A DNA stretch of 64,000 nt, taken from NCBI GenBank assembly GCA_045543655.1, contig JAZPXN010000084.1, positions 47,326-111,325 on the forward strand. The letters are read 5' to 3'. The stretch comes from Eubacteriales bacterium (lineage in GTDB: Bacteria > Bacillota > Clostridia > Oscillospirales > UBA644). The notes under the pieces are model-generated. The model did not search any database and was not told the origin of the DNA. It was given only the letters and a program-made list of their open reading frames with translations. A program made the translations under genes and the position numbers. The first letter of the stretch is position 1. Each line of letters starts with the position of its first letter. This document shows positions 1-10,097 of this stretch, piece after piece.

Positions 1-2352
1 AGCGAGGGCTTTGATCAGGTCCTGCCGATCCATCTGACGGCGGGGGAAGTCCCTGACGCATCCAACGAAATTCTGCTCCCCATGCATCTGGCGGAAAACG
101 GCGGGGTATCCTATAAGATCGGAGACGTAATCACCCTGGCGTTGGGATATCGGATCGACGAGGGCTACCGGCTGTATCAGAACAATCCCCTGTCCTACCT
201 GACGGTTCCGGGGGAAGAGGCGGGAGAAACGGACGTAAAGCGGACCGAAGCTCTGGAAATCCGGGAAGAACGCACCTATCTGGTGGTGGGGTTCTACGAG
301 CGTCCTCAATTTGAAGAATACACAGCCCCGGGCTATACCGCCCTTACCGCCGCGGATAAAACGGCGGGGGACGGAATGGAATACGATATCTATTTCGAAA
401 TGAAGGATCCGGGGGACGTTTATTCCTTCATGGAAGAAGCGGGCATTTCCGGCATCCGAAATACCGACGTGCTGACCCTGATGGGGGCTTTCCGGTACGA
501 CTCCTTTTATCAGGTTCTGTGGAGCCTTGCGGCCATTATTATCGGTCTGATCCTTTTTGGATCGGTGGCTCTGATCTACAACGCCTTTTCCATTTCGGTC
601 TCGGAGCGCACGAAGCAGTTCGGGCTTTTGTCGTCGCTGGGGGCGACGAAAAAGCAGCTGCGAAAAATGGTGTTTTTCGAGGCTCTGGCGGTGAGTGCGG
701 TGGGGATCCCCCTGGGCATTCTTGCAGGAATCGGAGGCATCGGCGTTACGCTGATGGTGATCGGAAACCGGTTCACGATCCTGTACGGATCGGACATCCC
801 CATGCGACTCAGCGTCTCCCCCACGGCGGTGATCGTAGCAATTCTGGTGGCGCTGATCACGGTGCTGATTTCGGCGTGGATCCCGTCGAAGCGGGCCATG
901 AAGGTTTCGGCAGTCGAGGCGATCCGGCAAAACAAAGAGATCAAGGCGCGGAAACGAGACGTAAAAACGCCGAAGATCGTCTATAAAATCTTCGGCCTTC
1001 CGGGGATGCTTGCCAATAAATATTACAAGCGAAACCGCAGGAAATACCGGGCGACGGTGGTCAGCCTTTTCATGAGCATCGTTCTCTTCGTATCGGCCTC
1101 GGCCTTTACGCAATATCTGACCGACGCGGCCACGGGAGGTCTGGAAACGAGGAATTTCGACATCTCCTTCACCCTGACGGAGGAAGGCTTGTACGGCAAC
1201 GATCCGCAGGAGGTTTTGAAGGACGTGCAGACCTGTGAAGGAGTCTCGGCGGGGATGTACAGCGTCTTTAGCCGTACCCGGGGAACGGCGGAGATCGAGG
1301 CCTATTCCGATTGGCTCCGGGGAATGATCGGAGACGCGACGGAATGGGAGGAGGACCTTTACGAGTGCTATCTGCCCGACCAAGAATTTCGCCGGATCCT
1401 AAAGGAAAACGGCTTGAAGGAAAACGACTATTTCGACCGGTCGGCGCCTCTTGCCCTGTTTTGGGACGGGATGCAGGTTTTCAACAAAGACAGCGGACGG
1501 TTTGAAAAAATCTATTATCTTTCCGACGGGAATCTGAATTTTACCGTCAAGGCCGTCCGGCGGATGGAGGGCTACGAATACGACGGCTACGAATACGACG
1601 AAAACGACGAGATCGTCTACCGCTACGTGGGGAAAGACAATACGGAGCTTCGGCTAAAGGAAGACGAGGCGCTGGAGACGATCGTCTTGCGCGGCGGCGC
1701 AAGACTGACGGGAGAACGCCCCTATTATCTTCCGTCGGAGGCTTTTCTTGCGGTGTATCCCCTGTCCATGCGGGACGCGGTACATGAAGAATCGGAGGTT
1801 TCCCGGAACTATCGGTTTTATCTGCAGGCGAAGGATCACGCCGTTGCCTTTGAGAACGTGAAAAAGGCGCTGGTGGCCAAGGGGATGACCACGAATACCG
1901 CTCACGATTACGCGGAAGCGGAGGAGGAAGACCGAAATATTATCACCATCGTAACGGTCTTCTCTTACGGGTTTATCGTCCTGATCTCTTTGATTGCGGC
2001 GGCAAACGTATTCAACACCATCTCTACCAATATTGCCTTACGGCGGCGGGAATTCGCCATGCTGAAATCGGTGGGGATGACGGCGGGAGGACTGAACCGG
2101 ATGATGAATTTCGAATGTATTCTCTACGGAACGAAGGCGCTGTTGCTGGGGCTTCCGGTTTCGGTGGGGATCACCTTCCTGATTTATCTTTCGGTCAATC
2201 AGGGATTTGAGACGGCCTTCCGGCTGCCGTGGGGCGCCATTGGAATTGCGGTGGCAAGCGTGTTTGCGGTGGTCTTCGCAACCATGATGTACGCCATGAG
2301 CAAGATTAAAAAGGACAATCCCATCGACGCATTGAAAAACGAAAATCTGTAA
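1..2352 (+). CDS. ABC transporter permease, FtsX/MacB-like (5' end cut by window edge)
   Basis: Frame 1 is open from base 1 with no stop before the ATG at 82, so the gene probably starts upstream. Two FtsX-type membrane modules (LWSLAAIIIGLILFGSVALIYNAF... and FIVLISLIAAANVFNTIS...REFAMLKSVGMT) flank a ~340-aa extracytoplasmic region. Confidence 0.8.
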   Translation, partial: SEGFDQVLPIHLTAGEVPDASNEILLPMHLAENGGVSYKIGDVITLALGYRIDEGYRLYQNNPLSYLTVPGEEAGETDVKRTEALEIREERTYLVVGFYERPQFEEYTAPGYTALTAADKTAGDGMEYDIYFEMKDPGDVYSFMEEAGISGIRNTDVLTLMGAFRYDSFYQVLWSLAAIIIGLILFGSVALIYNAFSISVSERTKQFGLLSSLGATKKQLRKMVFFEALAVSAVGIPLGILAGIGGIGVTLMVIGNRFTILYGSDIPMRLSVSPTAVIVAILVALITVLISAWIPSKRAMKVSAVEAIRQNKEIKARKRDVKTPKIVYKIFGLPGMLANKYYKRNRRKYRATVVSLFMSIVLFVSASAFTQYLTDAATGGLETRNFDISFTLTEEGLYGNDPQEVLKDVQTCEGVSAGMYSVFSRTRGTAEIEAYSDWLRGMIGDATEWEEDLYECYLPDQEFRRILKENGLKENDYFDRSAPLALFWDGMQVFNKDSGRFEKIYYLSDGNLNFTVKAVRRMEGYEYDGYEYDENDEIVYRYVGKDNTELRLKEDEALETIVLRGGARLTGERPYYLPSEAFLAVYPLSMRDAVHEESEVSRNYRFYLQAKDHAVAFENVKKALVAKGMTTNTAHDYAEAEEEDRNIITIVTVFSYGFIVLISLIAAANVFNTISTNIALRRREFAMLKSVGMTAGGLNRMMNFECILYGTKALLLGLPVSVGITFLIYLSVNQGFETAFRLPWGAIGIAVASVFAVVFATMMYAMSKIKKDNPIDALKNENL

Positions 2353-2363
2353 AAGGAGAACCC

Positions 2364-2456
2364 ATGAAAAAAAAGAACGCGATCGCTTTGCTCGTAACGG
2401 CCGCTTTAGCGGGGTTGGGGCTTTTTCTGTACGTAAACCGGAGGAAAATGCGATGA
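2364..2456 (+). CDS. possible 30-aa single-pass membrane peptide (MKKKNAIALLVTAALAGLGLFLYVNRRKMR)
   Basis: AAGGAG-like SD (aaaaggagaa) lies 5 nt upstream. It has one hydrophobic helix, and its stop overlaps the next ATG (ATGA at 2453-2456). It is too short for the ORF track and is unverified. Confidence 0.3.
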   Translation: MKKKNAIALLVTAALAGLGLFLYVNRRKMR

Positions 2457-3184
2457 AAAAAATCAAATTGCCAAAATTTCAGAAAAAAGAAAAGCCGGCC
2501 CGACGGCAGCGGAAGCCCTTCTCGTGGAAGCGGCTGCTGGGGTGGGGGCTTTGCCTGATTCTGTTGGGCGGGTGCCTGGTCATCGGCGTGAACGAGACCG
2601 TGAAGATCGTGGGCGGGCAAAACATCGTCACCCCCGAAAAAGCCTCCGGAGGATTTGACTGCATTCTGGTTTTGGGCTGCAAGGTCAAGGAAAACGGCCG
2701 CCCCAGCGCCTTATTGCGGGACCGTCTGCAACGGGGCGTGGAGATGTATTTTGCAGGTGCGGCACCGAAAATATTGATGAGCGGAGACCACGAAGGAGAC
2801 GATTATAACGAGGTGGGCGCCATGCGGGACTTTGCCCTGGAGGCAGGCGTTCCCTCGGAGCATATTTTCACCGACCACGCGGGACTTTCCACCTACGACA
2901 GCGTTTACCGAGCGAAGGAGATCTTCGGTGCAAAGAAGATTTTGATCGTGACCCAGGAATACCATCTCTATCGGGCGTTGTACATCGCAAAGGCTCTGGG
3001 GGTGGAGGCCTACGGCGTTGCCGCCGACTACCGGAATTATGCCGATCAATGGATCCGGGACGTGCGGGAGATTCTGGCCCGGGACAAGGATGCAGTCAAA
3101 TGCATCTTCAAGCCCCAGGCTACCTACATGGGAGAACCGATCTCCCTGGCCGGGGACGGGAATCTGACCCACGACGGAAGCTGA
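2453..3184 (+). CDS. SanA/YdcF-like DUF218 family protein with N-terminal membrane anchor
   Basis: N-terminal TM helix followed by a DUF218-like core (GFDCILVLGCKVKENGRPSALLRDRLQRGVEMYFAGAAPKILMSGDH). Confidence 0.75.
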   Translation: MKKIKLPKFQKKEKPARRQRKPFSWKRLLGWGLCLILLGGCLVIGVNETVKIVGGQNIVTPEKASGGFDCILVLGCKVKENGRPSALLRDRLQRGVEMYFAGAAPKILMSGDHEGDDYNEVGAMRDFALEAGVPSEHIFTDHAGLSTYDSVYRAKEIFGAKKILIVTQEYHLYRALYIAKALGVEAYGVAADYRNYADQWIRDVREILARDKDAVKCIFKPQATYMGEPISLAGDGNLTHDGS

Positions 3185-3204
3185 CGCTAAATCAAGACGA
3201 AAAA

Positions 3205-3243
3205 AGGGACGGAGAACGAAGGTTCTCTGTCCCTGATTTTTTT
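3205..3243. terminator. bidirectional intrinsic terminator between convergent genes
   Basis: Stem agggacggagaac / gttctctgtccct with an A-tract on the left and a T-tract (gatttttttt) on the right. Confidence 0.7.
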
Positions 3244-3249
3244 GAAGAT

Positions 3250-4137
3250 TTATTTCTTTTTTCTTTCCACCATATCCCGAAGGGTACGGGTGACGGCGCA
3301 CATATAGGTGGCGGCGGCGAGGTGGACGGCTTCGTTATCCCCGGGGAGACTCCCGTAGAAGGTGTCGGATTCCAGGGTAATATCCCCTTCGTAGCCGATA
3401 TCGGCCAAGGCCTGGGTAACCTCCTCGAAATCCACCTTTGCCTGGAAGGGAAGGGTATGGAGATCGGTGACGGTATCCACGTCGTGAACGTGGAGGGCCT
3501 GGAGGCGATGGCCGAGCTTGTGGATCATTTCGGTCATATCCACGCCAACGAGGGCCACGTGACCGATATCAAGGCAAGCCACGATCCAGGGAGAATCCAG
3601 CATATCCACGTATTCACAGAATTCGTCGGGACGGGAACAGACGCTGTCCACGATGGCAGTCCCGGACTTATCGTAATAACGGCGCCACATATTCTCCACG
3701 GCGACCTTGATGCCGAATTTTTCACAGTAGGGGACCAGACTGCGGTAAAACTCCAGATTGATCTCCTTGAGCTTTTCCACGTTTTTGTGATAATAAAGAT
3801 GCTGTGCGGGGTGAACGACGATAATCCTTGCGCCGAGAATGGAGGCGATCTCCATATGGCGGATCAGGGTATCGTAGCGCTCGGGATCCTTTTCGTCCCC
3901 CTTGACCGGAGGAAAAATGGCGTGCGCCTGGTTGCAGACGATGCCGAGGGAATCGGCGTAGGCGCGAACGTCCCGGGCAATTTCGCGAAAATTCTCGCCG
4001 TTTAAAGGATCGTCGGTCCCGGGCAGAGCGTGGAGCGAAACGTCGTAGGCATCGAAGCCGGCGGAATGAAGAATCCGAACCGATTCTTTCAGACCGAACC
4101 TACGGAAAAGACGGCTGTTCTGAGTAGAAGTAAGCAT
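3250..4137 (-). CDS. sugar phosphate isomerase/epimerase, xylose-isomerase-like TIM barrel
   Basis: Motifs typical of the AP-endonuclease-2/TIM-barrel family: ARIIVVHPAQH, IKVAVENMW, VACLDIGHV. Confidence 0.75.
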   Translation of the reverse strand: MLTSTQNSRLFRRFGLKESVRILHSAGFDAYDVSLHALPGTDDPLNGENFREIARDVRAYADSLGIVCNQAHAIFPPVKGDEKDPERYDTLIRHMEIASILGARIIVVHPAQHLYYHKNVEKLKEINLEFYRSLVPYCEKFGIKVAVENMWRRYYDKSGTAIVDSVCSRPDEFCEYVDMLDSPWIVACLDIGHVALVGVDMTEMIHKLGHRLQALHVHDVDTVTDLHTLPFQAKVDFEEVTQALADIGYEGDITLESDTFYGSLPGDNEAVHLAAATYMCAVTRTLRDMVERKKK

Positions 4138-4175
4138 AATAATAAACCTCCGAATAAATTCGTAAAGAAGCAGGG

Positions 4176-5231
4176 TCAGTTCAACATATTCTGACCGCCG
4201 GTGACGGGAATGGCCTGCCCGGTCTCGTATTCCTGCTCGCAGGCGTAGAAGACGGCACGAACCACGTCAAGGATACGGCAGCCCCGGTTGAGGGGAACGA
4301 GTCCCTCGTAATAGCGGCGGACGTCGTCGATATTTTGGGCGCCGGGGATCTTGCCTGCCCGGAGATACTGAACGAACAGCCCCTCTTCCGGATCGTTCCA
4401 GAGAGGTCCTTCGAGAAAATTGCCGGGGCATACGGCGTTGACCTTAATCCGGTAGGGCGCCAGCTCCATCGCAAAGCTTTTGGTCAGCCCGATGCCACCG
4501 AACTTACTACCGGCGTAGGCAAAATTCTTATTACTGCCCGAAAGACCGGATTTGGAATTGATCTGAACGATATCGAAAAATTTATCGGGCGCAAAGGCGT
4601 GCTGTACCTTCATGACGGAAGAAACGTACTTGGCGCATAAGAAATAGGCGGTATAATTAACCGAAGTAACCAGCTCGAAATCCTTCTGCGTCATTTCTTC
4701 GAGAGGGCCGGAGCGGACGATGCCGGCGTTGTTGATAAAAATATCGATGCCGCCGAAGGCAAGAGCCGTCTCCCGGACCATGCGGATCACGGACTCCTCC
4801 TCGGCAACGTTGACCGAAAGGGGGATGCCCCCAATGGCGTCGGCCACGGCCTTAGCACCGTCGTAATTCAGATCAGCCACGGCAACGAAGGCTCCCTGCT
4901 GAGCGAAAGCCTCGGCGATCCCTTTGCCGAAGCCCTGGGCTCCGCCGGTAATCAGCACGGTCTTCCCTGCCATCCGGCCGGAGCGGCAGGCAGGGCGAAC
5001 GAGGAATTCCGCCACGGGGGTACGAACCGCCCAAGGGGTCTCCCGCAGAGCACAATAGTCGTCAACGGCCTTTTTCAAGGAATCGAAGTCCCCAAGATCG
5101 GCCTCGGAAAGGACCAGAGTCTTCTCCCCTTCCGGAATACGGTCAACGGGACGGAGGGACAGGCTTTCCCCACCCAGAGCACTGCGCAGAGCGGCAGCAA
5201 GAAGCGCAGGATCCTTCAGCGTAAGTTCCAT
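4176..5231 (-). CDS. SDR-family oxidoreductase with ~90-aa N-terminal extension
   Basis: Rossmann motif TGGAQGFGKG, NNAG motif and catalytic YAGSK (YxxxK). Confidence 0.8.
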   Translation of the reverse strand: MELTLKDPALLAAALRSALGGESLSLRPVDRIPEGEKTLVLSEADLGDFDSLKKAVDDYCALRETPWAVRTPVAEFLVRPACRSGRMAGKTVLITGGAQGFGKGIAEAFAQQGAFVAVADLNYDGAKAVADAIGGIPLSVNVAEEESVIRMVRETALAFGGIDIFINNAGIVRSGPLEEMTQKDFELVTSVNYTAYFLCAKYVSSVMKVQHAFAPDKFFDIVQINSKSGLSGSNKNFAYAGSKFGGIGLTKSFAMELAPYRIKVNAVCPGNFLEGPLWNDPEEGLFVQYLRAGKIPGAQNIDDVRRYYEGLVPLNRGCRILDVVRAVFYACEQEYETGQAIPVTGGQNMLN

Positions 5232-5243
5232 AAAAACCTCCTG

Positions 5244-6338
5244 TCATTCGTCGATATCGGGGTCAAGCGTGCCGTAATAATCTTGGAATTCCTGATCCCG
5301 GTCAAAATGAAGGGGAGGAATCTTATCATCGTCGTCGATGGGCTGAAGAAGCGGGTCGGCAGGGTCGGCGTCGGTAGAGAAGGTAAACATCAGCATATTG
5401 AACGCCACGAGACCGACCAAAAGATAGATCCCGAAGGACGTAAAGATCTGCTTGAGAGCGACGGAATTTTTAAATTCCTGCCCGTCGGGATCTCTGCGGG
5501 GGAAGAAGAGAAAGAAGGCGGCGGCAACGCCCAGCACCAGACCCATAAAGATCAGATAATTTGCGTAGGCGAGGAAATTATCGTATTGCGCAAAGATCCA
5601 CCACAGAGAAACGGTAATCTGACTTGCGGCCTGCAGGACGATGCAGGACCAGACCGAGCGCACCCGCAGATAGAAAAAGCCGATGACAAAGCCGATGGCA
5701 AGGCGGACGACGAGAAGATAGGGCTCTCCGTCGCTCAAGGCGTAGGCAACGCCGGAGACCAAAACGGCGGCGATGCGGTTCTCCTCCCGCATACTGCGCA
5801 GAGCAATCCCCCGGTAGGCAATCTCGTAAGCGAAGGAGGAAAAGACGGCGGTGACGGCCACGTAAAAAATCGATTGGGCGGGGGTAGTACCGAAGGCGGG
5901 AACGGTGATGGCGGAATGCAATCCCTTCATTTCGGCAACGGACAGCAGAAGATCCGTCAAGCCCATAGCGCCAAGCGTCAGACCGGACACGGAAACCACG
6001 CCGATCAGCGTGCGAATGACCGGATGCTCCGATCGGGCCTCCTCCCGGAAAACGGGCATCAGAGGCTCCCGACTGACGCGCTGATAAGCAAAAAAGGGCA
6101 GGAACACCGCAAGGGCGTTGGCAAGAGCCGTCAGGGCGGCGGCGGGATAATAGGTCAGAGATCCGGCGGCAATGGAAGCAAGACCGCCCAACGCGAAGCG
6201 AAGAACCCAAACCGCCACGGTCAGGACGAAGATCCAGCAATACCGATCCCGGATCCGGGAACGGCGGGCCTGTTCCTCGATGGTAAGCTCTGTTTTCTGA
6301 CCCCTTTTGAAGAAGCTATTTTTCGGTTTATTTTCCAT
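5244..6338 (-). CDS. multi-pass membrane protein, CPBP/CAAX (Abi)-type intramembrane protease-like
   Basis: About 8 predicted TM helices and an EExxxR-like motif (FAYEIAYRGIALRS). Start placed at the internal ATG 6338 (MENKPKN...); the ORF-track start at 6464 adds an implausible AT-rich leader. Confidence 0.55.
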   Translation of the reverse strand: MENKPKNSFFKRGQKTELTIEEQARRSRIRDRYCWIFVLTVAVWVLRFALGGLASIAAGSLTYYPAAALTALANALAVFLPFFAYQRVSREPLMPVFREEARSEHPVIRTLIGVVSVSGLTLGAMGLTDLLLSVAEMKGLHSAITVPAFGTTPAQSIFYVAVTAVFSSFAYEIAYRGIALRSMREENRIAAVLVSGVAYALSDGEPYLLVVRLAIGFVIGFFYLRVRSVWSCIVLQAASQITVSLWWIFAQYDNFLAYANYLIFMGLVLGVAAAFFLFFPRRDPDGQEFKNSVALKQIFTSFGIYLLVGLVAFNMLMFTFSTDADPADPLLQPIDDDDKIPPLHFDRDQEFQDYYGTLDPDIDE

Positions 6339-6515
6339 AATAATAAAGCACACCTTTCTTATCTGAATACAGTATACCACACTTTGGGGAATTTTGCAAG
6401 AGGAAACGGAAATTTCATACAATTTCCCGGACGAAAAGAGGGAGTTTTCCACAAGATTATCCACTATTTTTCGAACAGATGTTTAAAATCATTCGAACAC
6501 ATGGGAGGAAAAACA

Positions 6516-6524
6516 TGGTATAAT
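6516..6524 (+). promoter_or_regulatory. extended -10 promoter element (TGgTATAAT) upstream of the phage-like cluster
   Basis: tggtataat at 6516-6524. No good -35 is visible. It is the only promoter-like element between the divergent CPBP gene and the terminase small subunit. Confidence 0.45.
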
Positions 6525-6574
6525 AGAACCACGGTAAGGGGAGAAAGCGAAGGCGGACGGGAAATCAGTGGCGT

Positions 6575-6949
6575 TTGCCGGGGACTTTTCCACCTGCCGA
6601 ATCAATGAAAGGAGGGACGGTTCTGAAGGAATACGGGACGCTGCGCGGCGAGATCATCCGACTGGCGCTGGAATATCTGAAGGACGTTCTGGAAGACAAT
6701 TCCGAGGACTACGGCGACTACCGGGTAGAAGACGGGGAGTTTCGCTTCTGTCCGAAGGACGGGACCCACATTCCGGCCGACCGGGTCAGCGAATGGAACG
6801 TATCCAAAAGCGGAGGCGGAAAAATCCGTTTTTTCGACAAGGCCGCGGCCATTGCGCTGGCGCGCTCCATCGGCGTATTTGATCTGCAGGAAAGCGAAGA
6901 AACGGAAGACCTGAGCGACGAGGCGCTCTTTGGCGATCCCGGGCCTTGA
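6575..6949 (+). CDS. terminase small subunit-like protein
   Basis: C-terminal KIRFFDKAAAIALARSIGVFD resembles the conserved Terminase_2 motif (K-I-x-x-x-D-K-x-x-A-L-x-x-L-x-x-x-x-G-x-F). Its stop overlaps the TerL start. The start is uncertain (TTG 6575 or ATG 6605). Confidence 0.6.
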   Translation: MPGTFPPAESMKGGTVLKEYGTLRGEIIRLALEYLKDVLEDNSEDYGDYRVEDGEFRFCPKDGTHIPADRVSEWNVSKSGGGKIRFFDKAAAIALARSIGVFDLQESEETEDLSDEALFGDPGP

Positions 6950-8277
6950 GCATGAAACGGAGAAAAACCATACCATGGAAATTTTCGGACAAGCAGAAGG
7001 AATACCTGACCCGCTGCAGGGACGCTACCTATAATTTTGCGGAAGGGGCGGTGCGGTCGGGGAAAACGGTCTGCAATATTCTGGCCTTTGCCCGGGCGTT
7101 AGAAGAATCGCCGGACAAGCTGCATCTTGCCACGGGGGTAACCATTGCGGCGGCGAAGCTGAATTTGGGAGACTGCAACGGATTCGGATTGGAGCACCTG
7201 TTCCGGGGGCGGTGTCGGTGGCAAAGATATCACGATAATCCGGCCTTATACGTAGAGACGAAGACGGGGCCGAAGCGGATCATTTTTGCAGGCGGAGGGA
7301 AATCCGACAGTTACAAGCGTATCCGCGGAAATTCCTACGGACTCTGGCTTGCCACGGAGGTCAACAAGCACCATATTGCCGACGACGACACCTGCTTTTT
7401 GCAGGAAGCCTTCAACCGGCAGCTGGCGGCAAAAAGACGGCAGGTCTTTTGGGATTTCAACCCCGACTACCCAAAGCATCCGGTCTACGTAAAATACGTA
7501 GACAAATTCCGGCGGGAGGGATTGAACGTAAATTATATGCACTTCACCATTTTTGATAATCCCACCGTAGGAAAAAAGCAATTGGAGAGCATTTTACGGC
7601 AATATCAGGAGGGAAGCGTCTGGTATCGCCGGTGGATTCTAGGCGAGCGCTGTGCGGCGGAGGGGCTGATTTTTCCGGCCTTTACGGAGCATCCGGAACG
7701 GTGGACGGTATCGGCGCCGCCCCGGGATATCGCCTTTCTCTCCGTGGGATGCGACTACGGAGGCACCGCATCCAGGACGGTCTTTACCGCCGTGGGAATC
7801 CGGGAGGACTTCCGGGGCGTATGCGTCGTGGACTGTAAGCGACTCCCCCAGGGAAAGGGGAAAATCACACCCGACGAGCTGGAGCGGGAATTTATTTCCT
7901 TTCTGTTCGGCCTGGAGAAAAAATTTCACCTTCGTCCGCGGTACGCCTTTATGGACTCGGAGGGGCAATACCTGACCAACGGAATCCGGTCGGCCTGCGC
8001 GGCGGCGGGGCTGGCGGTGGCGGTATGCGACTGCAAAAAGGTGACCATATCAGACCGCATTGCCTGCAAGATGCGGCTGATGAACGAAGGGCGCTGGAGC
8101 GTAATGGAGGGCTGTAAGGCCGTTATCGACTCCACTGCAGAGCTGGTCTGGGACACGAACGCTCCCGATCGCCGGCTGGATAACGGAACGACGGACGTGG
8201 ACACGGCGGATGCGGAGGAATACGCCTGGTCGGCCTGGATCAAACAGTTTTCCGCCCCTCCCAAAGAAAAGAGGTAA
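6946..8277 (+). CDS. terminase large subunit (PBSX/Terminase_3-like)
   Basis: Walker-A-like AEGAVRSGKTV near the N-terminus, typical length, and position after TerS. An ATG at 6952 is the likelier start. Confidence 0.85.
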   Translation: MSMKRRKTIPWKFSDKQKEYLTRCRDATYNFAEGAVRSGKTVCNILAFARALEESPDKLHLATGVTIAAAKLNLGDCNGFGLEHLFRGRCRWQRYHDNPALYVETKTGPKRIIFAGGGKSDSYKRIRGNSYGLWLATEVNKHHIADDDTCFLQEAFNRQLAAKRRQVFWDFNPDYPKHPVYVKYVDKFRREGLNVNYMHFTIFDNPTVGKKQLESILRQYQEGSVWYRRWILGERCAAEGLIFPAFTEHPERWTVSAPPRDIAFLSVGCDYGGTASRTVFTAVGIREDFRGVCVVDCKRLPQGKGKITPDELEREFISFLFGLEKKFHLRPRYAFMDSEGQYLTNGIRSACAAAGLAVAVCDCKKVTISDRIACKMRLMNEGRWSVMEGCKAVIDSTAELVWDTNAPDRRLDNGTTDVDTADAEEYAWSAWIKQFSAPPKEKR

Positions 8278-8280
8278 CGA

Positions 8281-9687
8281 ATGGAAACCATACTTTCCTA
8301 TCTGAAAGAGCGTTACGGCTACGACGGATGCGACCGAAGCTTTTACCGGACCGTGGATCTGTGGGATCGCTGGTATACGGGGAGCGAGACGGAATTTCAC
8401 CGCACCCGGGTCAACAACGGCCTTACGGTAACCGAGCGGGATCTTTCAAGAATGAACATGGCTAAAAAGGTAGCCGAAGACTGGGCAAACCTTTTGCTGA
8501 ATGAAAAAACCGGGATCGACGTGGACGATCCAAACGCCGGCATTTTCCTTCAGGGGGAAGACCGGAGGGGCGGCGTTCTGGGGGAAAACGATTTCTGGAC
8601 CCGGATCAATCAATTGACCGAATCCGCCTTTGCGCTGGGGACGGGAGCCGTGGTGATCCGCATGGAAGAAATGCGGGCTGATACCGACGGAAGAATCCTG
8701 CCCTCCCCCGAAGGGAGGATCCGCCTGGAATACGTGACCGCCCCCAACATCATCCCTCTGTCCTGGCAGGGAAGCCGGGTGACCGAGGCGGCCTTTGCGG
8801 GGAATATTACCCTGCTTGGGAAGAGAACTACCTATCTGCAGATCCACCGGAAGGAGGCGGACGGATACGTAATCGACAGCGTTTGCTTCGATCCGGCCAC
8901 GGGGCGAAGAGTACCTCTCCCCTCCTCGGTCTGCGAGCGGGTACGGACGGGAATGCAGACCCCGTGGTTCGTTCTGATCCGACCGAACATCGTCAATAAT
9001 CTGACCGATCTGCCGATGGGAATGTCGGTCTACGGAAATTCTCTGGATATTCTGAAAGGGCTGGATCTCTGCTACGACAGCTTCAACATGGAATTCTATC
9101 TGGGCAAAAAAATGGTATTTTTGCGCAAGGATCTGATGATGCAGGACCGGGACGGTCAGTTGTACGCACCTCAGGACTGCAACCGACAGCTGTTCATGTA
9201 CGTGGGAGACAAGAACGTAGACGGAGATTTGCTGCCCCAGGAATTCAATCCGGCGCTGCGGGTGGAGGACCACGTAAAGGCCATCCAGCAGCAGTTGAAT
9301 TATCTCTCCTGCAAGTGCGGCTTCGGGGATCGGCATTACCGTTTTGACCAGGCAAACCGCCCTGCCACGGCGACGGAGGTGATCTCCTCGGACGCGGCCC
9401 TCTACCGCTCGGTACGCAAGCACGAGATCTTGCTGGAGCAGCCTCTGATCGGGCTGATGCGGGCGATTCTGCAGATCGGACGGGAGATTCTGGGGATCGG
9501 AATGAAGGAAGACCCCAAAATCGGCGTTCGCTTCGAGGACAGTATCATCGAAGATCGCTCCGCAGAGCAAAAGAGAGACGGTGAGCTGGTCTCTCTGGGG
9601 ATTCTGGCCGATTGGGAATTCCGGATGAAATATTTCGGAGAGACCGAAGAGGTCGCCCGGAAGAAATGCAAGGAGAATCAAAAATGA
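8281..9687 (+). CDS. phage portal protein (SPP1 Gp6-like)
   Basis: The N-terminal pattern WDRWYTGSETEFHRTRVNNG...RMNMAKKVAEDWANLLLNEK is typical of SPP1/A118-type portals. Length is 468 aa. Confidence 0.85.
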   Translation: METILSYLKERYGYDGCDRSFYRTVDLWDRWYTGSETEFHRTRVNNGLTVTERDLSRMNMAKKVAEDWANLLLNEKTGIDVDDPNAGIFLQGEDRRGGVLGENDFWTRINQLTESAFALGTGAVVIRMEEMRADTDGRILPSPEGRIRLEYVTAPNIIPLSWQGSRVTEAAFAGNITLLGKRTTYLQIHRKEADGYVIDSVCFDPATGRRVPLPSSVCERVRTGMQTPWFVLIRPNIVNNLTDLPMGMSVYGNSLDILKGLDLCYDSFNMEFYLGKKMVFLRKDLMMQDRDGQLYAPQDCNRQLFMYVGDKNVDGDLLPQEFNPALRVEDHVKAIQQQLNYLSCKCGFGDRHYRFDQANRPATATEVISSDAALYRSVRKHEILLEQPLIGLMRAILQIGREILGIGMKEDPKIGVRFEDSIIEDRSAEQKRDGELVSLGILADWEFRMKYFGETEEVARKKCKENQK

Positions 9688-10088
9688 GCGATGAAACGAT
9701 AAAAAACGAGCCTTTGACCGTGGAAGAGATCACGGCACGTCTCCCCGAGGGATACGCTTTGGTGGAAAAAGACGGCTGGATCCCCCGGGAGGAGGCAGAG
9801 GCCCGGCTTGCGTCGGCGGCCTTTGACCGCACGGTGGATCTGGAGTTGACCCGCCGCGGAGCAAAAAGTCTGACGGCGGCCCGGGCGTTGCTGGATCTGA
9901 ATCAACTGCGCCAATCCCCCGACGGGATCGGAGGCGCGGTGGATCAGATCCGAAAAGAAAACGACTGGCTTTTTCAGAATCAATCCACCTTTTCCAGCGG
10001 AGCGGTTCTGACGCCCCGCCGAACGGTGGACACAGAAAACATGAGTGATGCGGAATATTACGCATACAGAAAACAGATGAAAGGATAA
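9684..10088 (+). CDS. phage scaffolding protein (GP20-like)
   Basis: ATGA overlap with the portal stop. GP20-like motifs GAKSLTAARALLDLNQL and IRKENDWLF. Sits directly before the capsid gene. Confidence 0.7.
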   Translation: MSDETIKNEPLTVEEITARLPEGYALVEKDGWIPREEAEARLASAAFDRTVDLELTRRGAKSLTAARALLDLNQLRQSPDGIGGAVDQIRKENDWLFQNQSTFSSGAVLTPRRTVDTENMSDAEYYAYRKQMKG

Positions 10089-10097
10089 CCAACGACT

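Noticed and set aside
5244-6464. Full 406-aa ORF for the CPBP-like protein
   Set aside because: The first 42 codons are AT-rich and atypical (MDNLVENSLFSSGKLYEISV…) and overlap the divergent promoter region. The internal ATG at 6338 gives a conventional N-terminus before the first TM helix.
6465-6574. attL/attR-type direct repeats or a tRNA integration target flanking the phage-like cluster (compared with 16275-16359)
   Set aside because: By eye, no shared repeat longer than the generic -10 hexamer was found, and there is no tRNA or integrase. This was a manual comparison, so short or imperfect att sites cannot be excluded.
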